From NCBI GenBank assembly GCA_001642005.1, contig LWCA01000154.1, positions 1 to 46,859 of the forward strand: 46,859 bases of DNA. Reading direction: 5' to 3'. How positions within the stretch are numbered: the first letter of the stretch is position 1; each line of letters begins with the position of its first letter. Of the stretch, positions 13,901-28,900 are shown piece after piece. This DNA comes from Intoshia linei. Lineage: Eukaryota > Animalia > Orthonectida. The notes beneath the pieces were generated by a model that saw only the letters and a list, made by a program, of their open reading frames with translations, was not told the origin of the DNA and did not search any database. The translations under genes and the position numbers were made by a program.

Positions 13901-16900
13901 TTTCATGCGTATGGTATAAATGTCAAAAATTGTTGTAACCCACTTCTCGTTCAATGCAGTATAAATAAAAAGTAAAAAAACTGAATAATGATAATACTCA
14001 ATAATAATTATTAAATTCTTATGGTACAAGTTAATTATTGATCATTAATTAATTTTACTTTTACTAGATCCAAATGTGGAAATAGGACATGGTGTTGGTA
14101 AATGTGATGAATCTGGACAATAATATCCAGTAGGGCAATCAATAATTTTGAAATCAACTAGTGTTATTACACCAGGGCAGTACTTTCCAGCTAGACAATG
14201 CACACATGCTTTTTGACCAGTTGTAGGCTAAATGAATTTTATATTATATATTTCAAATACATTCATTTATTTACAATGTTAAACAATGTAACTAACTTTC
14301 ATTTAATATTTTTTAAATAACCTGATATTCTCCCTTTACACAATGAATGGGAATAGCACTTCCTAAAGGGCACATGTGATGAATTGGACAAATAAAACTG
14401 TTTTCAATTTTTGAACCTAGCGAACAATAATAACCTTCTTTACATTTTCCTGTAGTAGTAGATTGTCCCAATGAGTTGCAATAATATCCTAATATAATTT
14501 TAAACTTGCATCAGGATATACAACCCAAACCACATTTTAGGTTAGGCTATTTTAGCTAGTCATTTTAAGTTCAAATTTAACGTAATTTTTGTACTTCAAA
14601 AAAATTAAAAGTCCAAAAATCGTTAATCACGAATTTTTTTCCGTTAAATAGAAATTATCCTGTATAATGGTTATTTAGCTATTCTGTGACCTTACTGCGG
14701 TCCAGATTTGTTATGCAGGTTGGTATTGCTCATTAATTAATAAAATGTAACGTCTTTAAATCTGAAGTAAACATACCTGCATCACACTTTTTGCACGATT
14801 GCACGGTGGATTGTCCAGTCATATCCTGATATGTACCAATCCCACAATTCGTTCCAATTGAAGAACCTAAATTCATTGTATATTTTATAATTCAATAAAT
14901 AAGCATCAATTTAAAAAAGTATAACACAAACAGAACCTGAATTGTAATTGTGTCAAATTAAAAAATTTACTTTTTTAATAATTGACAGTTAAGATATATA
15001 TTGTGTTAATATATATTATGATAATTACGACTGTTCTCATGCTGTTCATTTTAATAGTAAAAATTTGTTTCAATAAGTAATTACCTTCAGGACAATATTT
15101 TCCGACAGGGCAAATGTTGCCAGTAGCTCCATCAGTGGGCTTTATTGATTTGGCTCCATTAGTACAATAGTAACCTTTTAAAAATTGCATGATTAAATTG
15201 TATTCGAATGATGAAATATACCTGATGCACAACTTCCAGTGACAGCGGATAAACCATTAACGGCGCAGTATTTTCCAGGGTCGCATATTTTGGGTTCAAA
15301 GCTACCTTGCACGCAGTAATAACCTGTTGGACAAATGTTGCCTGTTGTTCCATCCGTAGGGTTTTGAATAGTAGCTCCAAGTGTACAGAAATAACCAGCA
15401 TTGCATAATCCAGTAACTGCACCAATCCCTCGTCCCTCACAATAATTCCCCTTTGTACACTTTATGCAATCGGTCAACAGACCTTTATTTTTTAATGCGT
15501 TATACGTTCCTACTGGACATGGATTTTCTGTACCGTATCTTGTACCAATGGGACAATAATGCCCAATTGGGCATTCTATAAATTCGGATACTAATTTTGT
15601 TCCTATTAAGCAAGCTTTTCCTATTAAATAGGGTATAATTATATTATATAATAATTAAATAGTTAATTTATAATAAGATTTTATGTTAATTTGATTCAGT
15701 GTTTTTATTCCTTTTTTATTTCGCTTAACATGTATAGTATACAGTGAAATAAAATAATAATAAAATAACCTCACAAGACAAAAGGGTATAGAAAGAGAGA
15801 GTTAAAATGATAATACTTATACATTATAGTCATAGAAAAAAATTTAGCAGACACACCTGGAAAGCACCGGAGAATCCGGCCCATGCAGTGTTCTACATTA
15901 TAATATATAACTTAAGACATTATATAATTTTTTTAATATGAAATTAATTAAAGTAATCAACTATATAATAAATGCTTCTAAAAGTGTCAAATGCATTGCA
16001 CTTATAAATTTGATCATTGCGAAAAACCCTTCAAATTAAATAAAATTTAAATTAAAAATTTCATAAATTAAGTCTATTTAGAGAACTTAAATCCAGTGCC
16101 CAACGTACGGTAGATATAACCCACTTCCAGGGCTGTAATGTTATTACAGTAATATATTATTGTAAAGTTCTTATAACCAAAACTGTAGATTACATTATCG
16201 CTACATAGCATTATTTATTTTACTTTAATACAGAATTTACATTACTTTAATACTCTCTATCAAAACATTACAAGGGGCTCGACGAAATTTTGGTAAAATT
16301 GGACCTGAGCTTTCCAAATAGTTTATATTAAAAAAATATTATTGAATATCAACTATTTTGTGTATCAAATTTAAAATGTCAAGTTAAGAGTCTTGGATAA
16401 GTGACTAGGGACGATATGATATACACATCAAAGATTTTGGGGCATATTTTTCATTTTAGGATGGCTTCGAGTTTGGTAGGTTCGGCTCTGCTTAAATCTA
16501 ATTTGAATTTTTTTAAAAATATTTAAATTTTAAAACTATAGAAATATGAAAAATAATTAAAATTTATTTACTCAAACTATGTTTATTTTATTAAACCAAA
16601 CTTTATTCATTTTGTATTATCGTACATTTAGTGTGATTTTAAATTTAATTTTAAATTAATGATGATTATTTATATCCATTCTTTGATTCTTCATCTGATA
16701 TATTATGTGGCTCATTTAAACAATGTTCTATTGTATTTTTGATTTTGCATTTTATTAGGATTTTGAATTGGATGACAAAATTTTCTGAAATATTTCCACC
16801 TTTTCATAATGTCTGTCAATTTATATTTTACTTATTTTTATTTTACAATTTGACTTTATTAAATATAAATATTTTGCACTAATTTTATTAGGTTGCATAA

Positions 16901-19900
16901 CATAATTTGACATTTCTCAAAAATTAGTATATACTGTGCTTATATTATAATATGTATTGTGCTATATGTAATACGTATTCGGCGTTTTCATTGTCTTTTG
17001 AATTAATTTGAAAATCCCTTATTTTGGAGATTTAATAATACATAATAAGCATTTAAATTGCATAAATAATTTATGCAACTTTAGCCTTAATTAATAAAAA
17101 TTTGGACGTAATTGAAAAATAATATTGTTATAGCGTTGACTAGTTCATTGAGGCGAAAAAGATGATGTATTCATCATCCTTGAATGTTTTTGGTGTTTAG
17201 CAGTGATATTTGTACTCTTTATTTTGATACAAAAATAATATTACCTGCTGGGCATGGTTTACAACTAGTCTGTTTGATTAAATCTTGATAAGTTCCACTT
17301 GAACATTTACTTGGAGCTGAAGATCCAGCCGGACAATAATGACCAATGGGACACATTCCAACTAAAATTAAGTGTATGATTATGGGAAGGCAATACTGAT
17401 AATCCTAGGTTAATAGAGTTGGTTTTAGTAATTTTTAAATTTTGAAAGCGATACTATAGCATACATTCTAGAAAAACTCAAAAAATTAACAGTTTTCTTT
17501 GTATAATTTCTTTTTGAGCTTTTATTAAAATTATTAATTTAAATTTATTTACAATAACCGTGTAAATATATATGTATCTACTATTACCATTATAATATCA
17601 CAAATAAATATATTACTTGATTCAGTTTTTGTACAATCAATGGATGTAGTGGTAGAAGATTTAGTTGCTCCTTTTACACAATAATAACCCGCTAGACAAT
17701 CACCCGTAGGGTTTATTGGTACGGTATCACTACAATATTTTCCAGGTGGACAAGGTTTGCATTGAGATGCCTAATATGTTCATTATTTTACTTGACTTTA
17801 TATTATACATATACACTTATATTTTATACTATAAGAATTGTACTTTGTATATCGAATATAGCCCGATAATATAGAATGCACATCAATTTTAAAATTTTAC
17901 CAATTTAAACTAAATTGACAACGGTGGATTAACTCCTACTTGTTGAAATGCTCTAATTTAAACAACTAGAATGGCATCTTCATATTTATCGTGTAATAAA
18001 CACTGTTTATGATTATGGAAAGGACATTCGAAGAAACGGCCTCATTTTTCCTCATTGAGTATTAAAAACTTATATTCTTGAATATCATAATCATTTCATG
18101 TGCTAAATTTAAAATGTCAAGTCAAAAGCCTTAAAGATTTTGCTAGGGCTATATGACACTAAATTACGGTAGTGATTTTTTTAGGACCCTATTTTTGATT
18201 TTCGGGTGGTCTAGTGCTGAGTAGGTTCGGCTTTGGGTATGGACTCCCCTATCAGGTAAGTTGTCATAATGTTATATCATATATACATTATATGTAATCT
18301 TTAACATACATTATTATTATAATTTCAACATACCTCAAATAGATATTCATTGTCACTATAAGTTCCGGCACTACAAACTATCGGAGCTAATCCAGTTCCA
18401 ACAGGGCAATAATAACCTTTAGGACATGGATTGTACGATTTCACTATTGGAGTGGAAGGTGCACTCATTTGGCATACATGTCTAATCGATATATTTAATT
18501 TTTGTGTATCACATACGTATTAAGTAATGCATATTGTATGTATGGAAAAGTATAAATTATAATATTTTTACATCCCTACTTATATAATATGCATTACAAT
18601 ATTTGTTTGTTTGTGTGTGTGTGTCATCGTTTATTTCAATAATTACCAGTCTTAGAATTTTATAAAGTCCACATTTCAATTACAGTTTTTTCCGGGGTGT
18701 AAGTAAAATAAATTTCAACCTCCCAAACTTTCATCTTAGTGGCCAAAAACTCCAATTGTCCTTTTTTTAATGAAAACAGCCCTAGAATTTAAAAAAAATT
18801 ACAGGTGGTACAGTTGTATCCTGTTAACACACACAAAAAATTGCAATCTGAATAAGTGACGCCTTCACGGTCAAAAAATCATTTTAGTAAATTATTAATT
18901 ATTAAATTATTTTATTTTTCATATATTTTTTTTCCGAAATATTTTATTATAACAAAAAATGTGAAATAATTAACGGTCCGAAAATTAAAAAAAGAAACAT
19001 TATTCTGATAGAGCTTATTCCATTTGATATAAATACAAAATTTCAACCCCAGAAATCTACGCATTCCCGGTTAAAAATAATTTTTAATATATTATCAACC
19101 AATATTTTTTAATTTTTAAGTTAGATTTTCTACGTGAATTTATTTTTTGTAGAATAAAAATGTGCTCTCGGCAGAGCTAGGTGCTTTTTGTACGTAGTAC
19201 ATAACAATCAACCTAGTATAATATAATAATGTATCTTAATAAAAATAACGTATGATACACATTAACTTTTTAAGTTTGTGCGTTTCTATCTCCAAAATAA
19301 CCTTAATTTTGTATCATTTTTTATATCAAATGCAGATCATTTACCATTTAAACTTAATATATTTATCGGAATTCGGTTGGGGCACCATTTTGTGAAAAGT
19401 CCCCAAAAACAAGGTTGCCCAAAATTTAGAGGTTTTAGTAAATTATCTAATTTTTGATTAAAGACAAAGATTATTGCAATATACATTTTATATTATACAA
19501 TGTATTATGATATTATGCTTGTTAATTTTACAGTTGGTTAATCTGATTTAATATGGTATTTTCAGCAAATAAACGAATATAAAAATTTCAATAAAAACAA
19601 ATTCTCTGGCAATAATTTTAATTTGCTTAGATGTATTATGGTCTTGCTATTAATTCCGAATTTCAAAAAATTTTAAAAAGTAAATTATGTAAAAATTGTA
19701 TTTTTTCATTTTTCAAAATATTAGCTATTTCTAAATTTGTTTGATACATATCCAACAATTGTAGCGTAATATGCTCGAAATCATAAATAAATGTAATATA
19801 AAATGAATTTAATCATTAGAGGAATTAAATTTACAAAATGTGTGCCTCAAAGTGGGATTTATTTCACATATACTGCTAGGTCATTGTTATAAATACAATA

Positions 19901-22900
19901 AAATCATAATATTACAGACAAATAATTATTTTATATTAATTATTATAATGCATAATGTCCCAAAACAGTGTCGGACTGTAAATATTAGTGAAAAACATAT
20001 ATTATAATATAAATATTATAAGTATATTTATTACACTTATTTATATGGCTATTGATTTTATTAAATATATTACTGATCATATTAGTATGGTTATTATTAT
20101 TATTTACATTATTATTATTAATGAGAATATTTACCCAGCGGGACAAGGAAAACAATCAAAATTCATAGTAGTATTTGTAAATGTACCAGCTGAACAAAAA
20201 ATTGCAACAGAACTACCTGTTGGACATTTAAATCCTATTGGACATGGATTTTTTTCTGGGTCCTTGGTTCCTAATTTTATAATAGTTATCATTATATTTT
20301 AGGGATAACATTTATAATATATACGATTAATACAATATATTATTAGTTAATTTTAAATTTTGCTAATATTTCCTATAAATCACATTTAATATTTCAATAT
20401 CTTACAAGTCTAAGTCGTCAGACTGTCATCCTAATAAAAACTGAAACTAGAAATATGACAATATTTTGTGAGATAAATTGTCTATAATCCAACTTCAATG
20501 TGATGTAGAATTTAAATAACCGGCATACTAAGTCATTGAAGTAATTTAATTATTATTTCACAGTGGTATAAAAAGATTTAATAATTAGGGTTCTGAAACT
20601 AACTTTTTTCCATACAAAAAACATTGTGATGTAGCTTTAGGTCGATTTTGTCATCACCATAATTTATGTCGTAATTTATGAAAGGCTTAATTAAAATAAG
20701 TATATTTACCCGATGGGCATAAAAAACCAGCTGGACAGTCACCGCTGACATCACTTTGTCCGGCATGCTTGCAATAGCTTCCTAATAGATATTACATATT
20801 ATTGTATATAATTAAAACATAAATTTGATTAAATTTTATTTTTATCAATTTATTTTACCTGCAGTGCAATCTAGACAATCGCTTAACAATGCCTTTCCAG
20901 TTAATTTATTGAATTTTCCAGCCGGACACCTATTTTATTAAATATTAAATAAAAAAATCGTAATTTAAAATTATTTAAAATTACGCTGTGCATATCGATG
21001 AACCAACAGGACAGTAATGTCTACATTTTTGTAAATTATATTAAATTAATATATTAGTATATTGGATTAAATTATAAATGTTATAAGATTATGTAAATAC
21101 TGACTAAAATATTATATACATCAGGTTCGTACAAACACATGGCGAGTGAGGGCCAAAAAATACATTAGAAAAATTTTTAAACAATTATTTCATCATTCCT
21201 TCCCTCTTAGTTTTTAATATTCTCTAATTTCTAAAGGATTTTTATCACTTGAACTGCTTATTTATACAACACAAATATTTATTAAAGTTTTGGACAACTC
21301 ATTCACTTTTCATTGATCATTGCAGCTATATCGATGTCGATTTTGGTTGTTGACATTCGTAAGCAATGATTAAGTGTTTGATCATTAGGGCAAGTATAGT
21401 CCAAAAATTTAGAATTATTATTATAAGTACAAAAAGTAGGAATTTGAACATAATTGAGAGTAATGCTAGCTCTGGTGCATTTGTGGGTCCCAAAAATTTA
21501 ATGTATGTCCACTGGACATTTTCCAGCTAAAAATTGAAAATTAGCTTTACACCATTTCACAAAGGGTCAGTTAAATCAGATTTTTTTGTTTTTTGTTCTG
21601 AAATAAATGTTATTCTTAAATTATTAACAAATTTGTAATTGTTAGAATTAAGAAATGTTGGACCTATTTATAATTTCTACATCCATAAAATTAGTCACAA
21701 GCTACAATTTACGTTTAATCGAATCAAAATCAACAAATCTAGTTTGAAACTTTACATCAATATTTAATCATTATTTATTTTTTTATTATTTACTTGTTTT
21801 ACCTAATATATTATTCATAAATTTCCGGGTTACGCTTTAAACCAACCTGACATACATAATAAAATATTTATTGAATTATGTAATTACCCAGTTTTACATA
21901 CCACTAAATTCGCACTAGAACCACCAGAACAATAATAACCTGCTCCACATATTTTGTCTGGTGCCGTTAATCCTGTAATACTACATATTTTACCTAAAAT
22001 ATAATTGAAAGAGAAAATGATGAGTACAGGGTACAAAATGTTATCTTCCGAAAACAAAAGATATTATAGGCATTTTACGTAAACGTAACATTTCATAAAA
22101 ATATTAACCTGGAGTGCATTGCAAACATTCATAAACATCTTTTAGCCCTACAACATTTGAAAACGTACCTAACGGGCATTTTTTAGGTGTAGATGTCCCC
22201 TTTTCACAGTAATTTCTAAAATTTAATTTTTATTATATTAATGGCGTATTACAATAATATACAATTAATGTAATATTACCCAACTGTACAAATATTTGCA
22301 TTGGCATCAATCGAAGGATTTGGTGTTTTAGCTCCAAGTTTGCTAATTAATAAAATAGTATAATATAGTAATTTAAATACCAATAATTAGTAATAATTTT
22401 TATAAATTACCAAAAATATCCTGCAGAACATAATGTACTTGGAACAGATATACCAGTTTCTCCACAATAAAATGTAGCTAAATTTGTTTAGTTAAGAATT
22501 ATGGTAATAAAACATATAATTATATACATTAAAATAATTAATAAAATAAAATATATATATTTTAATATATAATTTATATATTAGTACTTACAATACAATA
22601 AACTATGTATATTGTATAATATTTTCTTCATAACTCGTTATTAATAAGATTTAAAAAAATTTGACGAGAATCTTGTCCCGAAATAGAGAATTTGAAATTA
22701 TAGAAACAGCTTATAAAACCTTTAAATTAAAGGTTAAATTGCACTAAAATCTAAATTGTAATACGAATTGTAAAATTTAATACAAAATATTTTAACTTAT
22801 TTTAAAAAATGGTTTTAAAACTTTTACTTTATATTTTAAATTAATGGCCAGTTAGCGAATTGGCAAGTTGTGGAGAGAATTAGTAAATTACATCGTTATG

Positions 22901-25900
22901 TTTTACAAATACACTACTATCCCGTTTTTAAAATTCTGAAATATTTTTTTTAAATCTTGATAAATATAACCATGTATTTTTCTCAAACAAAATATATCTT
23001 TCTCTACAGTCAAAATTAACCATCTTCACAATTTAAAAAAAAGTTTTTTACTGAGAATGTTAGTGTACAATGTACATTAAGGTGTCTCATGGGTATTTAG
23101 AAAAAATATCCTTAGGGCTTAAAATTATAATATTACTATAATAATAACTATTGTAAAATATTTTCGACCAACTCCTAACGGTGAAGTTAGTCTGGCCATT
23201 TAAAGTTCTCTTTATATATACTATATACATGTATTACAAAATTAAAAATGAAGTTTAATTTAACGGAAATTGGCGTTTGAGCTTTTAAACGTGGTACCGA
23301 CTTCATAATATTGTTCTCCATATTTAGTTATACATCTTATTATTTTAAATTTGTTTCTACCTCAATTTTTTTGGATTTTATTTTTTGTTTGAATATAATT
23401 TAAATAATGTAAATAGCCACAATTCGAGAAATTAAATCGTTAATAAAATCCAAAAAAATTGAGCTAGAAACAAATTTTATATATTATATATAAAAAAATT
23501 AAATGATCAGACTATTTTCAATATTCGTTCAAATGCATTAATATTTTGGAAATATCATTTTTTTTATACTTGATCACTATTATACCTAAGGATGTTCAAA
23601 AATATAATTTTTCATTTTTTTTGAGACACCTTAATGTTCATGAAATGAAATGATGGGGAGATATCAATTAAAATTATCAAATTATTGAAATAAATCGCTT
23701 ATAGTACAAATTATAGGTGAACTTATAAACATAAATCATTAACTTGTTATAATAAGTTAAAATCAAAAATGATAACATGTATTTAATAGCGCTCACCCAA
23801 ATAAATCACCCAACAAAAGTAGTGAATAGTCTATTCAAACTCTCACTGTAATATATACAATACATAATATTTATTTATACCTGGACACTTGGTACACTCC
23901 GCTATACTTTTCAATTTTGTAGTTAATCCATAAAATCCAATTGGACATGGAAATTGTTTTGCATATTTTGTATTAATTGGACAATAATAACCTGCAAAAT
24001 AGATATATACTATAATACAGTAATAATATTATTAACAATAAATAATATTTGTTATTATAAATTAACATATATTAAAAAGATAGAAATTCACAGTAAAAGT
24101 TTATTATTAAAACCTTTAGGACACTCGAATAGAGTGTAATCTGAGACAGGATTCACTGAATTATCACAGTAATAGCCAATTGGACATGAACTACATAATA
24201 TTTGCTTTGTGACAGACGTATAATAACCATCATTACACTCTACTGGAACTGATGACCCTTTCGGACAATAATAACCTTTTGGACATACATCCGTGGGAAT
24301 GGATGTGCCCTCCTAAATTATAAAATATATTTAAATTTCTTAAGAAAATTTTATATTTTGATCATTTTCAATAAAAATAGAAACTAACCTTGCAATAAAA
24401 GCCTTCAGTGCATGCATTTGTAACTTTTGTAGATCCAGTACTAGGACAGTAATAACCCTGATCACATAACTGGCACGAATCAACACTTGTTATTCCGGGG
24501 AATGGGTTATATGTTCCTGTTGGGCAAGCTACTTGAACAGAACTTCCTTCAACACAATAATATCCAGGTGAACAGATATTACCTATAAAATATAAGTATA
24601 TTATATATGTATTATCATTGATACTTAATTTAAGAGAGAATACTATTTTTAACTTATTTCTTTTCTATAATTGAAATATATAAATTTACCAACCCTTTGT
24701 GTAAAATTAACTTAATAGGATTTAGATTTTATCTATCCTTTCCCAGTTGAATTCAGACTTTATAGCTAACCCTTTAAGTGCTAAAAATGTTTGAAAGCGA
24801 TACATAATTCCATATTGCCTTAGCCACCTCTCATAACGTCAAAACTTGAAATTTTAAATTTGACAAAAAAAATAGTTATAATATTCGAAAATATAATATT
24901 TTTAAATGAGTTATTAATTTGTTTTACGTAGTTACAATGAAGCATAATCTATTTTAATATCTTTTACGTAGATCCAATAACTTTTAAGCTAATTATTGAA
25001 AATTTCCAATACTTTTTAAGCTAATTTTAAAAACTGATTAAAATTGTAATAATTATGTAATTTTTAAAATATGTGTTAATCACTTTAATATCTTCACAAT
25101 TTAGATTATATTACAAATTTAAATTAATAATTAATAAAAAATATTATGGATACTAATTTCAAATATTCTTTTTGAGTATAAATTAATTTATCTATATTAT
25201 CAATCACAAAATGAAATCACGAGATATGATAAATTGGAATACAATTTTTTGTATTAATGAAACTTTCGATAATAAAATATGGAAATTAAGAGATTCCAAA
25301 ATTCTCAAACGTTCAACTGTGAGAACGTAATACATGTAGAAATAATAACTGCAACTACAAAATACGTTCAATAACGACACTAACTTTGACTATATCATAT
25401 GAATGTAATCATGACATAAATTATCATACTTTTACTCATTACATAAAAATTTCCTCGATTTGTAAACATTTTCAACATATTAATTTTGTGTTTAACGGTT
25501 AAACTTTAACCCATTGGACTAACCCGATTGTCAGACTTTTAAATTAAATATAAAATCCTAAATAAATCTTATTTTAATTAATACATAATGAATGTAAGAT
25601 ATCTTGTTCATTATCAACCATAAAGGTGATTTTTAAATTTCGAACTAATTTGTGAAACAGTTTAAATTATTCAAAAAGAACAAACTATTATAATTTTTAA
25701 GTTACTTGAAGACACATTTATATTTTTTAAATGAAGATATTAAAGTATTAACAATTTAATTATTACAATTTTAACCAGTTTTTAAAATTAGCTTAAAAAG
25801 AATTGGAAATTAAGTACAAATTTTCAAAAATTAGCTTAAAAGTTATTGGATCTACGTAAAAGATATTAAAATAAAGTATAATTCATTGTAATAGCTTAAA

Positions 25901-28900
25901 ATTAAATGGACACTCATTTTTAAATTCTAAATTTAGAAAAATGAGGCACCATTTAAAAAAATTTTCGTCGTCTTCCCAGAAGGCAGGTATCGGTGTACGA
26001 TAGGCTTAACTTAATTAAAAAATATCAAAATTATTAAAACTTTCGATCGTAAAAAAAATAGTGGACGTCCTCAAATTATCTCGAATGCTGATCTGACTAG
26101 AATTAAAAGTTAATTGGAGTCAAATCCAAAAATGGGGTTACTAAATTGTCGAATATCATGAAAGATCAATGTAATAAAATTGTTTTACCTCGAACACTAC
26201 GAAGAGTATGTTCCGCTAATGACCTTAAAGCATATTCAGTTTGCAGGAAACCATATTAAAGGAAGAAGCATATTGATGCAAGTTTATATTTTCAAAAAAT
26301 TACTTGTGGAGTGGGATGGACTATTGGAAAAACGTTATTTGGTCTGATGAATGCAAAATAAACCTTTTTGGGTCTGATGGCAAGCAGTATGTTCGCAGAA
26401 AAAAAGGAACTTGATTCAATTTAAAAAACATATGCCCAACAATTAAATTTGGCGGAGGTAGTTTAATGATTTGGATCTGTTTTAGTTATTACGGGATTGG
26501 TGAAATCCAAATAATTGAAGGGAAAATGGACACATTAAAATATACACAAATTCTAAACAAAAATTTAATGTTATCAGCACAAAAACTAGGCTTAAGAGAC
26601 AATTTCATCTTCCAACAAGATAAACAAGATAATGACCCTAAGCACAAAGCTAAAATAACAACCGAATTTTTTCAGCAAAAGGGAATAGACGTGATGGAAT
26701 GGCCAGCACAGAGTCCTGACTTTAACCATATTGAAAATTTATGGGTTCATCTAAAACAAAAGGTCCATGAAAGAAGGGTGAAGAATCTAAATGAATTAAA
26801 AATAATAGTAAAAGAGGAATGACTTCAAATTACAAATCAAACGTGTAGAAAATATGTTCAATTTATGCCAAAACGGATGGAACAGTGCTATCGAGCTAAA
26901 GGAGGTCATACAAGTTTTTAATTTTAATTGTAATGTATGTATATTATTTAATAAATAAATGTATATATAAATTATGCGTTTTTTTTGTTCGCCTCAATTT
27001 TATTTTAAGATGTATTGACGATTTCAAGTTAAATTCAAAAAAAGTAAATTGTGTATATGAAAATGTCTAATGCGAATTAATAAGTGAGTTAATTTTTTTT
27101 AATTAATTGATTCAATTATATACAGATAGCTATATGCGGTTTTTTTTGGCCACAAATGTATGTAAAAATTTAAAAAAATTTTTTGAGTAATTTTTATCAC
27201 AACTTTTAAGATGTTTNAAAAACGTTATTTGGTCTGATGAATGCAAAATAAACCTTTTTGGGTCTGATGGCAAGCAGTATGTTCGCAGAAAAAAAGGAAC
27301 TTGATTCAATTTAAAAAACATATGCCCAACAATTAAATTTGGCGGAGGTAGTTTAATGATTTGGATCTGTTTTAGTTATTACGGGATTGGTGAAATCCAA
27401 ATAATTGAAGGGAAAATGGACACATTAAAATATACACAAATTCTAAACAAAAATTTAATGTTATCGGCTCAAAAACTAGGCTTAAGGGACAATTTCAACT
27501 TAGTAATCTTCCAACAAGATAATGACCCTAAGCACAAAGCTAAAATAACAACCGAATTTTTCCAGCAAAAGGGAATAGACGTGATGGAATGGCCAGCACA
27601 GAGTCCTGACTTTAACCATATTGAAAATTTATGGGTTCATCTAAAACAAAAAGTCCATGAAAGAAGGGTGAAGAATCTAAATGAATTAAAAATAATAGTA
27701 AAAGACGAATGGCTTCAAATTACAAATCAAACGTTTAGAAAATATGTTAAATCTATGCCAAAACGGGTAGAACAGTGCTATCGAGCTAAAGAAGGTCATA
27801 CAAGTTTTTAATTTTAATTGTAATGTATATATATTTATTAATAAATGAATGTATATATAAATTATGCGTTTTTTTTGTCCGCCTCAATTTTATTTTTATT
27901 TCAATATCGATCATTTCAAGTTAAATTCAAAAAAAGTAAATTGTGTATATGAAAATGTCTAATGCGAATTAATAAGTGAGTTAATTTAGTTTTTAATTAA
28001 TTGATTCGATTATATACATATAGCTATATGCGTTTTTTTTGGCCACAACTGTATATGCAAAAACTTTAAATTATTTTTCAGAGTAGTTTTAAGACTAGTC
28101 ACTTTTTAAAATATTTTATATTGGAACATAATTTTAGTATTACTACTTTTTACAACTTTAATAAAAAATTGGCACCGTGGCAAATTTAAAAAATATTTTA
28201 TTTTATAAAGATTTCATTCATATATTAAAGTTATGGAAATCAAATCAAATTTACTATGTTAATTATGAGATTATATTGGAAAATCATTTTTTGGTGTTTC
28301 TTAATCCTTTCACTGTTTGAAAACCACTGGTGGTTTTCAGTAGATTGTCTTCACACGTTTGAGAACCACTGGTGGTATTCAGTAAATATCTTGTAAAACT
28401 TTATTTTTTTAACCAAACTATATAGGAGAGTTTTTAGTATTTTTTTTAGCAAGACTATATAGGGGAATTTTTAGCAAATTTTTTTTAGCAAAACTTTAAA
28501 GAGGGTTTTTAGGAATTTTTTTAAACAAATTTATTAATGATATCGAATAAACTAAATAATCTTTAAAAAATTATAATGATTTAATTATATTATATATGAT
28601 AAATAGACTATAGATTTTAGCAAAGTAGACAAAGAGCTTCGTTGCAAAGTGTACATTCCGTGGTCGTTTTTATTGTTCTGAGTGGAACATTAAATTTATG
28701 ATTTTGTCGTCAATAATTTGATTAAAATATCAATAGGTGATATATTTTCAGGTTCTCTATCGTTGCTCTTTTTTAGTCCAAAGTTACTAGTGAATTAAAA
28801 CGGAGAGTTTGGGTTTACTTCTTTGTACCATTCTTTTATATTTTCATTGTATATATGTTGATGATTAGGATATAGAAAACACAATTCGAATTGAATTTTT

